Below are positions 50,567 to 62,100 of a DNA stretch of 64,000 nt, in pieces. The stretch lies in NCBI GenBank assembly GCA_973895155.1, contig OZ316892.1:14438861-14502860 (forward strand), in the 5' to 3' direction. Source of the stretch: Marsupella aquatica (Eukaryota > Plantae > Marchantiophyta). The notes beneath the pieces are model-generated. The model was not told the DNA's origin, ran no database searches, and saw nothing but the letters and a program-made list of their open reading frames with translations. Within the stretch, counting starts at the first letter, position 1; every line of letters starts with the position of its first letter. A program made the translations under genes and the position numbers.

Positions 50567-51140
50567 CCTTAGTATCAAAATTTACTAAGGTGTCCCAGGC
50601 AAATTGATTCACTAACCTGATTCCATCTTTTATGTGGGGTAGTATTGCCTCATTAGATGTAACTCAACCTTTGTCCTCATTGTTGTAGGGCGTCTTGATG
50701 CCATGCGACGAGGTGCCACTAGCTGGCGGTGGCCTTCACCCACTTAACTCCCCTTTCTGTGTTTCTGGCCAAAAGTTCTAGACCTACATGTGCAACCAAC
50801 TCTGCTGGAGTGTGAAAAAAATGAGTAACATTGAAACAAAAAACCATCATTTTTCTTAAAAACACAAATATATTTCCTTCACAAAATGACTTTTTTGGTC
50901 TTGTTTTCTTCACAAAACTACAGTACATATTTTGAAATTTTGCCTTGCACCAGAGCACTGGAAAGGGGGAGATCAATGGGAAATCCATAGCTAATGTTGC
51001 CTTACCACATGGCAGGTGGAGGCCCTAAGCCAATGAGGACAAGGTTGAGTTATGTCTAATGAGGCAATATTAACCCATATACAAAATTGGGGTAAAGAAA
51101 TCTATTTGGTGTACACCTTAGTAAACTCCACTACTTTGGG
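50567..51140. mobile_element. MITE-like element with ~150-bp imperfect terminal inverted repeats
   Basis: Left arm TTTACTAAGGTGT...TATTGCCTCATTAGATGTAACTCAACCTTTGTCCTCATTG (50581-50682) is the reverse complement of CAATGAGGACAAGGTTGAGTTATGTCTAATGAGGCAATA...ACACCTTAGTAAA (51031-51125). The interior is AT-rich and non-coding. Confidence 0.8.
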
Positions 51141-51487
51141 GGACAGGTTAGTAATATACTCCACAAAAATGACACATCGCATGCAATGGAGGATAGGGTA
51201 GTTTTATTGGTTTGAAGGGAAGACTTAAGCATTTTCTCAGAAGAACAATAGTGTATTTTTAATCCAATTTTGCTACTTATAAGAACATTAGGGTCTTTCT
51301 AACCAAATATTGAGAATATTCTAACTTTACAGGGGTTGAAAAAAAATTAAAATCTTACATTTTAGGGGGTTCGAGACCTAAAAATGTTGCAGGTGATGGG
51401 GAGGCCCCCATATAGTGAGACCCCTGAGATGAAGACCTCCTTGTAATCCACAGTTGGGCTAGCAAGAACAACAACAACAACCAGGCC

Positions 51488-51560
51488 AGCAACATTAGAC
51501 ATTTGAATACCTTTATTAATATCTAGCAACATTAGACATTTGAATACCTTTATTAATATC
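51488..51560. repeat. 37-bp tandem duplication
   Basis: AGCAACATTAGACATTTGAATACCTTTATTAATATC occurs twice. Confidence 0.92.
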
Positions 51561-52693
51561 CATTGTTTGTATGGGACCATTGATCATCTTCCCCACTTTA
51601 TTTGGCACTCCCCTAGTAGCCAGGCGAGTGACTAAGCAAATCTTCCACTATGGTTCCAAAACAAGTCACCAAGCAATCCAACCAAACTCAAAATACTACT
51701 TAGCCATGTTCCAGCACAATCCTGTGCAATCATAAGCTTACAATTGTGCCACACATTGCCCACTTGACTAGTCTCCGCTCCACTAAAAGGTCAGATTTAT
51801 TAGAGTCGCCTTTGGGGGAAGGCAATGTCACAAATGTTGCTTCACTCAATTGACAAATTTATCCTATAGTTGTAACTATATTTACATAAATTCTCTTCAA
51901 TGTAAGCAATCAAGGGAATACAATTTGTTCATGCTTTTGCTTTCTTCAAGATTGCTATCCACTCACACATCAAGCAAACTTGCATCAAGTAAGAAATTGC
52001 ACTTTATAATAAAGTCTTGCACATTTGACAACACTTATTGTGAGCCTACACTTTGTGCCAACTTGTCAATATAGGTCTAACTATCATCCCTCTAGGTTGT
52101 ACAACTTCATGTGACCTTAACTCCCTAGGTGAACCAAGAAATGCAACGGTCAACGCATTTGGCATCCATGGTTGTTGGTTATCTGATGGTCAATATCTGC
52201 CAGAAGTATTGTGTAATGCTGTACATTAGTTAGAAATGATGGAAATTTTATAAATTTTAAATTTTTTCTAACTCAAGGTACAATCTAGTTACCTTTTATA
52301 GCAATTTAGATCAACTGAACACTTAACCTAATGTTATGCTTCATCTGAGGCTATTGTATTGGACAAGGATCGCGAATATAAATCCTTGCTCTTTACATGC
52401 TACCAAGAAAGAAGACTGGACATCATTGGAGAAGCAATGCAGACTAGAAGATTCAAGAACCGGCCTCCAAAACACTTTTTCAACAAGAATGAGCTCTGTA
52501 TACAATTATCACAATCAGCCGATCTCTGCTATTTTAGTTAAATAGCTATCATGGTCAGAAAAGTCTCATACTTTTTCAAGAGGTAGTAGTTGCGTAGTAG
52601 AATCATCCCTGCAAGTTTCATCTCAAACCGACATGTGGTTTGAAAGTTAGAATTAACTTAGTTTTGTTGTTTTTTGCATAGCCGGGACTTCGC

Positions 52694-53311
52694 CGACGCT
52701 TTGTGAAGCGTCCCTTGTATTTTTGGACGCTTTGAAAAGCGTCCACCCAAAGACCACGACGCTTTCTGAAGCGTCCACCACCCAACCAGTTGTACTCCGA
52801 CGCTCTGCAATCCACATGAGGAGCGACGCCCACAGAAACGTCTGCTACCCCGAAGGTGACCTCGACACTGTGACGCCCACTGAAGCGTCCCGCCCGGAGC
52901 CCAGAAAATGGACGTTGCGACCAAAACCTCGAAATTCAGCCGACGCTTTCTGAAGCGTCCATAAAAGTCCTTTGTAGTTTTGGACGCTTTCTGAAGCGTC
53001 CACTATGTTCCCGACACTTAGAAATTTTTTCAGTTTTCGCACTTTTATAACACCGCGCCACTTTTACCGATTTATTTGAGGCACTTAGAAGTCTCAGAAA
53101 AGTCTAAAACTTTGCCAGCATATAGACTATATGTAGTAGAGTACCCTAGAAAAGTTTCAACTCATTCCGACTCTTAGTTTAGAAGTTAAAATTAGATTAA
53201 GATCACTGTTTATTAGTTTTACCGCAAACACCGACGCTTTGCAAAGCATCCGCTCAAACCTCGACGCTTTGAGAAGCGTCCCCTGCATTTTTGACACTTT
53301 CAGCAGTGTCC
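52694..53311. repeat. Cluster of ~11 palindromic GACGCTT-N3/4-AAGCGTC units
   Basis: Copies near 52694, 52725, 52757, 52798, 52824, 52872, 52941, 52982, 53232, 53262 and 53292; several are degenerate. Confidence 0.88.
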
Positions 53312-54769
53312 ATTCACTTTTCAAGGATGACCGTCATTAAGTTTATTCAAGACCCTTTAGATATGAAAGGGCATGTCCTTTCAGTATCTCAGTCTCCTTG
53401 GGTTCCTGCTAGCCTATATGAAGTAGAATTTGTGTCATTTTCAAGTGTGAAGAAATAAAGTAGTGCTTGTGGCATGTGCTGCAGCACTGTAATCACCTTT
53501 GCAAAGCTTCTGTGTGTCTTCGTATGGTATGGAGCTTGCAAATGCAAAAGAATTCTTCTCCCTTCCTTGGTCTGAATGATTGAGAGTTTAGATCATTGAA
53601 GTAAAATTACTTGTATGAAGTTGAATCTCAGAAGTATGAGGGAATAGATTCCTTAAGTGGTGACAACCCATCTTCTTGAGTTCTTGATGCATAGTTTTTG
53701 GCGTGACATTGCTTGTGCATGGGATGCAAAGATTGTTACTCACCAATTACCTGTGACTTCAATTTGATCATGATGGTGTTTATTATTCGTGACTCAGAGT
53801 ACCGACTGGATATCGAAGTGATTGATTACTAGTTTCTTCTGAGTACCTTTGGAAGGAAAAGTTGAGACGTGTTGACGGCATTTTAGTAATCATCCTAGTA
53901 CAATAATCCATTCCAAAAATGTTCTTACGGATATACCACCCAAATCACATCAAATGAAGTATTGATGAGAAGTTACCTTGGTGTTTTCCAGACTCCCTCA
54001 TCATACCTCAAGATTTCATTGTGTTTTGTTATTTGTTTCCATTTTATTAATTGCATTTACAATGTTAAGCAAACATTCAAATCTATGCCTTGCTGAGCAA
54101 TCATAGTAAAAGGCTCAAACCTGTGTTTTTTGTGACCTTAGTCATTCATAAGTGTTAAACGATAGAAAATCATTCATTTCTTGTTCTTCCATGGGATCGA
54201 ATACCGAGTTTTGGACATTAAATGCTGATTTATGTCCTTAGTACAATACTACATATTGTTTCCATTTCTTTCATAAGTATCTTAGCCTGTCAATCATAGA
54301 ACACACATATGAGATGTTTTACAAAAGACCACATCAATAAACTGAAAAAATTTACCTTCTTTAGTTTCTTGTTCACTCTCTCTTGTACTGTTTTCTTGAC
54401 TGTAACTCACAATACCATCCATGTCTTGGCAAAAATGGGATGCAAGTTAACTAATATTGAACCCTTTTTTGACCAGATCACCTTGTTTTTTGCACAGATC
54501 TTAGATCACTTGGATCTGATTGCACAAGGGGGATTGAGTGGACATGTCAAGGAACCTTTTGTAGTTTTGTGAATTGATTTTGGCAATGATTGTTGACGGT
54601 ACTAATCACAATTGCTTGCTCCTGATTCTCTTTATACAGCTTAGGAGCCACAAGTTTTTAGAGACTTTGCTTCTGTTTGCTTTTTTAGGATTGAGCATGC
54701 AATGTCTACACAGATTCATTAGTTGACCTGTTGAACTGATCAAGTTCGTACTTGAACTTGATTTAGTTA

Positions 54770-55910
54770 CTTGAAAATGCGTATGAGGTCTACTTTTGGT
54801 TAGCTATGCAAGCTTCTGGGACCATCAATTGTCAGTACGACATGAATTACAAGAGAGCTATTCCTATCTTTGCCAGCTAGAGTAAGAGCTGCCGTTTGAC
54901 TTGCTTCTTACAGGGCACAAGTTGGTGGAGGTCATGACGACCTCCCATGACCAACGTGGCATTCCCAACATTGCAAGAGTAATGGATGTCACACACATCT
55001 ACATAGTGGTACTAGACACACCCATTTACAGAGACTATTACAAGTTAAAGAGCTATTCAATGTGTTTACAAGCAGTGTGTGATGCGTTGTGGAGATTCCA
55101 AGACATCAATGTTGGCATGTTAGGGTTGGTCAAACAAGGCACGAGTTGGTGGAGGTCATGACGACCTCCCATGACTAGCGTGGCATTCCCAACATTGCAG
55201 GAGTGGTGGATGTCACACACATCTACATAGTGGTAACAGACACACCCATTTACACAGACTATTACAAGTTAAAGAGCTATTCAATGTGTTTACAAGCAAT
55301 GTGTGATGGGTTGTGGAGATTCCAAGACATCGATGTTGGCATGTTAGGATTGGTCAACAACACTAGAGTTTTCAAGTACTTGTCACTTTGGGATGGTGCT
55401 TGCAGACATCAGATGTTCAACAAGGATCCCATGGCTCTCCCTTGGAGAGTTCCCATTCAGCATTTCATACTGGGAGACCTGGGTACCCAGTAATGTCATG
55501 GCTCATCATTCCAATCTGACATCTTGATGGGCATGGATATCACCAGGAAGGAGGAACGGTTGAACAATCATCACAGGCCTGGCGGGAGGCATGGCAGATG
55601 TCATCTTGAGCAGATGTTCGGAATTTTAAAGAAAGTCTTCTGAAAGTTGGGTAGGAGGACTGGGCTGAATATCGGGGACCTTTCTATGGTTGTTAGAGCG
55701 TGCTGTGTTCTACAAAACTTTATGATTGTGAAATAGGAGGACTACTTTGTTACAATTCTATGAGATTGGGAAGTTGAGGTGGCACCAAGGGTGGGACATA
55801 GGGGCAAGGATGAGCACAAAGAGGAGCACATGCCTATTGAGCAGATTGAGGGCAGGATACACACAAACCTGGTGGACAAGGAGTTGGCTCGGCTGAAATT
55901 CCACTCGGAC
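54770..55910 (+). pseudogene. PIF/Harbinger DDE transposase remnant with an internal 224-bp tandem duplication
   Basis: Recognisable fragments MRSTF..LCKLLGP..YKRAIP; GIPNIA.V.DVTHIYI..DYY..KSYSMCLQA.CD..RFQDI.VG.LG.V.NTRVF; FILGD.G; LEQMFGILK; ACCVLQNF. Stops and frameshifts are present. The duplication spans 54913-55357. Confidence 0.85.
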
Positions 55911-56708
55911 TCTTGTTGTTTATTTGGACGCTGCAAAGAGATGACAAGCCCATAGAAAATTTTGATTGTTTGGCATCATGGCATTCTCCAAACAATCACC
56001 AGGTATGAACAGTGAGTTATTGTTACTATGACTTAGAATTGAGTGGTATGACTATCTTGGGGGGTTAACCAAGTGTATATTTTGGGGTACCACGTGTTAT
56101 CCTAGCATAATATAGATAGACCTATTTTATAAGGAGAGTATTCTAAAAATATTGGTCATTTTCAATATTAATAATCTATTTTACTTTATAAAAGGTATAT
56201 ATTAAAGAATGGTTTATAAACATGAGTTTATTAGACTTTTTTGTCTCCTATCTTTTAAAAAAGATTTAGTTAATTTTTATCAAAATAGCTATTTTGGATC
56301 GCATGTGGTTCTTAAGATTTTTCATGGTCAACCCCCCGAGATGACAATATGTTATAGTGACATGCTCATTGTGGGCTTTAACAGATCCCGACCAAACCAC
56401 AAATGCGCTTGGCAAGAGGTACAATTAGTTGTTGTTCATGAACATTGTAAACTTTCGCATAAACCTATCCTAGATTTCATTTCTTCCTTATTTCTTTTTT
56501 TATATCAAAATTTTGAAATGGATGAGGGTTGTGCTTAGAAGACTTTCAAATGACTTGTACATGTGTTTTTCATCATTATTTGCCTTGCAATAGACAACGG
56601 GATTGGTGTGCATGGGTCTAAAATACATCATCAGACCTCAGTAATTAAAAGAGCTTGTACAGAGGTTCCCTTTCTATTGCACTTTGTTCTTGCAAGGATT
56701 TTATGTTT

Positions 56709-57030
56709 ATTTTTTTGCCTTGAAAACCGAAAACAGGTCCATCCAAGAGAGGATAGACGTCCTGCTCTGGAGCATGCATTTCTATGTAAAGTAACCACAA
56801 GGGGACAATACCCAGGGATTCGACAGGGACACAAACCAGGAGAAAGAGATGATTAAACTAGAGCCCAAAAGCATACAACCAGGGACTGAGGAAATAATCA
56901 ATACTCCCATCATTACATTTCATTCACAGACACATACCTTCCACACCCCTTGCGTATGGAGTGAGGATTGAACCTGGGACCTATCAGGTCTATCTATGTT
57001 CATCCTCTAGCCAACTAACCAAAGTTAGAT
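56709..57030 (-). mobile_element. tRNA-derived SINE, copy 2
   Basis: A-box-like TGGTTAGTTGG, B box GGTTCAATCC (56974-56965), GCAAGGGGTGTGGA shared with copy 1, an A-tail, and a candidate TSD TTTTATGTTT at 56699-56708 and 57031-57040. Confidence 0.75.
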
Positions 57031-59183
57031 TTTTATGTTTGTCTCCCCTCCCTCTCAGGATTAGCGCTTCTAATCCTCATGTCGGTCCGAACCATAGAAA
57101 GGTGTCACCCGAGTCATTCAACCATTCTGCTCGAGTCCATCCAAACGTCGCAAGTCCAAGCGGACATCACAACCGACCCGCCAGTCCATCCGGGCTTTAT
57201 TATTATCAAAGTACCGCTCGCGCGTGACGCAAATAAAATGGGGGAAAAATGATTTAAAAAAAGGAGGAAAAGGAGCAAAGGAAAAGGCGGGGAAATGCGT
57301 GCAAACACCGATCAAATTTCGAGTTGACTTGACTGCTCTGCGGCAACGGCTATTCTCTGCGAAGCAATGCGCAACGCGGTGTTCTGCGCAGCACGGCCGA
57401 CCGAAACCATCGCTCTCACAGGGGACGGCGATGTGATTCGCTCCACATGCATTTGGGATATGGTGCTAGGACGTTGATCAGCTGTCTGGCAGCTACGACC
57501 CATGCGCTTCCTCGGCCCGCTCGTGTTGATTTGCGTTTTAGTGTGAAGAAAATGGTCCACAAAGAAGAAGCGGGGCGAGAGGTTCCCTCTGCATAGTTGT
57601 GGCTTGTATCGATTCTTGCGGTGTCGTCCGTGAACTGGACGCACTCCTGATGATAACCTTGCTTTCAAATGTGAGTTCTCTCTTGGCTGGTACACTTTGA
57701 ATGACCTGTTGAATTCGGGGGTCGTTTCGTGCTCACCGGTTGTGTCGCTGTGGTCGAACGCAAGGGACATTCCATAGTGCGACTCGTACGACTTGATTCT
57801 CTGGTCTGTTTTGCTGTAATTTTGAATTTTCAGTAATGAGAGCCAGCGGTGCCAAGTCGTTATTGACCTCAGCGCATGGATACCGAGAAGCGATTCGAGG
57901 GCAGACTACGAGGCATTCATGTCTTTTATTCATCTAAATTGAGTTTTTCGATGAGTTGGAGGAGATGCGCATTCAATGCAGCCCTTAAATGGAGGCGGGA
58001 GAAAAATGGCTTTCATGCCTACCCAGCGATCTTTATACTTGCCTTAGCTCGGTTGATATTTTCCCATGACTAAGCATATTTTGCAGCACACTTCTTCCGA
58101 CGATGTGCGCATCAAGGGAACTTGCTAATCAGTGACACTCTAAGAACTTCCACTTCGTTGCGAAAATCTCAAGATGTTCGAATTGTGCTGACGAAGTTTA
58201 ACTTGCTGTTGTATTGAATATTGCAGTTGAAGTGCCTTTGGTGAAGCAGAGCTGTTTCCGGATCATAGGAAACATGAGAACGACTGTTGTGCCGGTATGT
58301 GTGCCATCATATTTCGAAGAGCTCTTGCTTTCCGGGTAACGAATGTGGATTACGAGGGTTCTGGCAACAACGTGGATCATAAAATGTCGATTCGGCCGTA
58401 TGGAGACGGGCAAAAGTTGGACATGAACATGCTGGATTTAAATGACTTTATTTGTTCACCTCAACTTCAGACGATAGAAATCCTCAGCCATTGGAGTACA
58501 TCTCTCAATTGTTACCCACGGTTGTGAGCGAATTAAACTTTGGCGAAGCAGCGGGAGGGAACTGTTTCAAGGTGTGTTTCCAGCTTTTGGTAACCCAATT
58601 TGTTTGCCACAAAGAGATCCTCGCCGTGCTTACAAACTTTGTCTAGGTCAATGGGCTTCATTAATTCTTTGAGTGGATTGACGGGGGCTAGGAGTCTTTG
58701 TCTTAGAAACGATTGACTGGTTCCCGTGACCTTGTTTCGTTTCAGTGTGCGCTAGTTCTCGTTCGAGCTCCCATGAAGTGTTTTCTTAGTTCTTCATGGA
58801 GTATGGATCTCCTCAGCCCAGACTTGCGATCTAACGTTTGGTTCTGTACGGCTGGCGTCCAGGCTGACTGGCCATGCATGTGGTGATCAGTTCCTTTTTC
58901 TGCGATTGCAAGCATATGGGCAACAGGGTTCGATCGGACTTAATCTTGTCCAATTGTTATCCAATAAGTGAGTTATTCCTTCCTCGAGGGCCTGAGGAAC
59001 AAGACAGTCGTCCTCTGACTGGACCTGCAACGGAGAGGTTCCTTCTCAGAAAGTAATTTGATACGAGCTGTTCGGTGGAGATTGACGGTTCTCAGACCGT
59101 AAACATTGTCAAGTGCCCCGTGGTCGCCATTGCCAAACTTGCTGTCCGGTGCTTCGAATTCTTTTGCGGGAGAGCCAAGAAGT

Positions 59184-62100
59184 ATGGAGAGAGTTGATGG
59201 CAAAATGCTTGCTGAAGAGTCCAATGCATTGCATACTGTCTCAAGGACCGATACGCAAACGCTTCAAGGTATTTTCGGCTCTGGAGTTGAATTTTAGTCA
59301 TTCGTTTGCTCTGCTTTAACAATTCCATTTCGTTCGGCTGCCATTCGTATCATTATGTTATTCGTCTCGTGCAATAAAGTCAAGTATCTCATTATGGAAT
59401 CTTTGAGGCAGGCGCGCGACAAGGGCTGGAGCATGACAGTAACCGTAATGGGATGATTAGCGAAATGTCGGAGGACCCGAGTGGAGCTGAAAGAGTTGTC
59501 AGGGGCTCACACTCTCAGTCAGGGAACAGAAAGAGGTCAGCAAGAGCTTCAAGGAATCTCCGCAAAAGTCTTGCCTGGGACAAGGCTTTTTTAACGGACG
59601 AAGGTGCGCTTTGACCTCTTAGCAAACCCTTTGTTGCCATCGAATATGATCAACTCCCTCGCTTGCCATGAAGTCCTCAATCCTTCCGAAAGTGGGTTTT
59701 TGTCTCAATGTTCTTGCCCTTTGATCCTTTCTTCTAGCTCGTTCACCAGTTTGCTGTGGTACGTGCCCGCGCACAGGAGTCCTTGATGTTGACGAGCTGC
59801 CACTGATAACCAAGGCTCCAAGGAAGCCACTGCAGTTGCAGCCGCTTAACATTCCAGAGATCCTGGGAAAATTTTCTCCAGCCCCTCGTGAGAACCATAA
59901 TTCCAACGCCAGAGCAGCAGATCGCGGGGAGATGATCGCTTCCAGTCCTGTACAAAGTTCACCTCAATTCGAGTCCGTTTCAAGCGGGGAGATTACCGCC
60001 ACCAGACCTGTACAAAGTTCAGCTCAATTCGAGTCCCTTTCAAGCGGTGAGACTACCAAATGCACCTGTCTCAGTGGATCTTGACCTATGCAATGCTATT
60101 CTATGTCTTGAGAGTTTTCCTGAATAACAGGTTTTCTTCCTATATACAAATCCCTATGATGGCCAAGTGCAATGTATCGCAAGTAATTGCCAGCCAAATC
60201 CTCTCGACAAAGATGGAGTTCTCACTTAAGTTCTGCGAGACACAGGGATTAAAAGCACTTTCTATGGATACTGCAGGGTCGCCAAATTCCAAAACCTTTG
60301 ATACTACGTTATCCAAGGGCAGTTCTCTGGTCGTTGCACCTTCGAATTCGGTAAGGGAAAACAAAACCCTGGTAGTATGATTTGAAGCCTTCTACAGGAG
60401 ATTTCGAATTCCCTATGGCTAAAACTTAGGGCATATTTTTTCACTCTACCAACTTTCGCTGGTAAACATTTGATGGCACATTATGTCCTTTGTACGTGGA
60501 TGATTTCTCAGGACACTATAACAAGCAAGGTGGACAGTAAAAGTTCTGCACCTGTTGTTCAAATCGTCAAGGCTGATGCGCTGAAGGCTACACGGTTACG
60601 ACTGCCGAGCTCATTCACATATCCTCGTACCCGTAATATCTTCAGTAGAAAAATACGAGGTAAATAGAGACATGCTTTGATTCGTCAATTTGTTCATAAG
60701 ATCTTCAGTTTTGGTTCCTTGACTCGTCTAAAACACTGGCAAAAGAGGAAAGAGTGATATGGTACCCAAACCTGTTAGCGTTTCTCAAAGCAATTTTTTA
60801 AGAAGATGCAAGTCAACTTCTTCGATCCTCAGCCCCTCTTCAGCCAGCGCAGCCTTTTCGAAGAAGGTCTCGTCAGTGTCCAAGAAAGTGAAGGATACTT
60901 TGGGAAAAGTGTTGCCAGGTACATTTAAGGAATATAGCAACCGAATTTATTTCAATTTTACACATTTTCCGTATCCGTCATCTATCAGTGATAAATTGTA
61001 CTGCAATGTGTCACCTTTACTGAGATGCTAGAAGTTGGCGTCACGAAGACCTCTATTTCCTCGCTGAACGGTTGTCAGTCAGTTCTTGTTTTACCTTCTA
61101 AGGGATTCGCGCTCTATTTTCCGTTCTCTGACCGTCTTCGTTGGAACAATTGTATCAAAGGGAGTCTTGCTGCATCAGCCAAAAATTTCAAAGTAAAGGA
61201 AGACCGGGGTTTTCGTCAAGGTCAAGCCGCCAAGCCTACACAGACCCTGACGAGTCACAGACATGATCCGACCGAAGACGATGTCAACAGCACGAGGCCG
61301 GCATCAATTGCAACCTCCAAATCTAGTAAGAAAAAGGATGCAAAAGTGGACGCAAACAACCAGGAATTGATCTCAACAGAGCAATTGGGAAAAGGCACTA
61401 TATTTCCAGGTTTGACGGGCTCTTCGAAAGGGTCGGTTGCTGGGACTTCATCCAAGAAAGGCAGTGATAATCAATCGTTTTACTCTACCCAGGTCAACCC
61501 AGTGATTTCCAGAAAGAAGTCAGGGCCTGACGGTTCACAATCCCGACCTGTTGAGAACGCCAATCACTTGAATTCTGCTCCAAGTAGTAAAGGAGCGTCC
61601 TCTAGTCTGCGTTTACCGTCACCAAAGATTGGCTTCTTTGATACGGTTTGCACTCATTTCCTTGGCACTCACTGGTGTTCTAGCTGTGGGCAGATCTGTG
61701 GTTTGGTGATTTGGTTTTCTGTTTCCAGCATCATTTTAGGTTTCTACCCTTTTGACATTATGGGAAAAGACCGTTTGCACGTAGTAATTGGAGTGTTCCT
61801 TGAATTCCTGTGCAGCCAAGGTCCGCATCTGGAGAACATGCTACCACCTTGCCGGAAAGAGTTCTAGGGTCTGCTTTAGACACCTCAAATTCTAAGAATT
61901 CAAGAAAAGGTCTTCCCCCTAGACCCAAGCATGGATTACCATCTGCCCGTGCACAGAAACCTGGCTGTGATGGTAGCCTTGCCAAAGTTTCTAGCAAACT
62001 TGTCAGTTCTGGCATTCCCTCTGCACCACATCTCAGGCCCTTCGGCAAGTCTGCGGAAGGTCTCACTCATTCAGCATCTGCTCCAACTTCACCACACAGG

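Noticed and set aside
52694-53311. Palindromic repeats as a CRISPR array, REP elements or attC sites
   Set aside because: Spacing is irregular, linkers recur, copies are degenerate and no associated bacterial-type enzyme gene is present.
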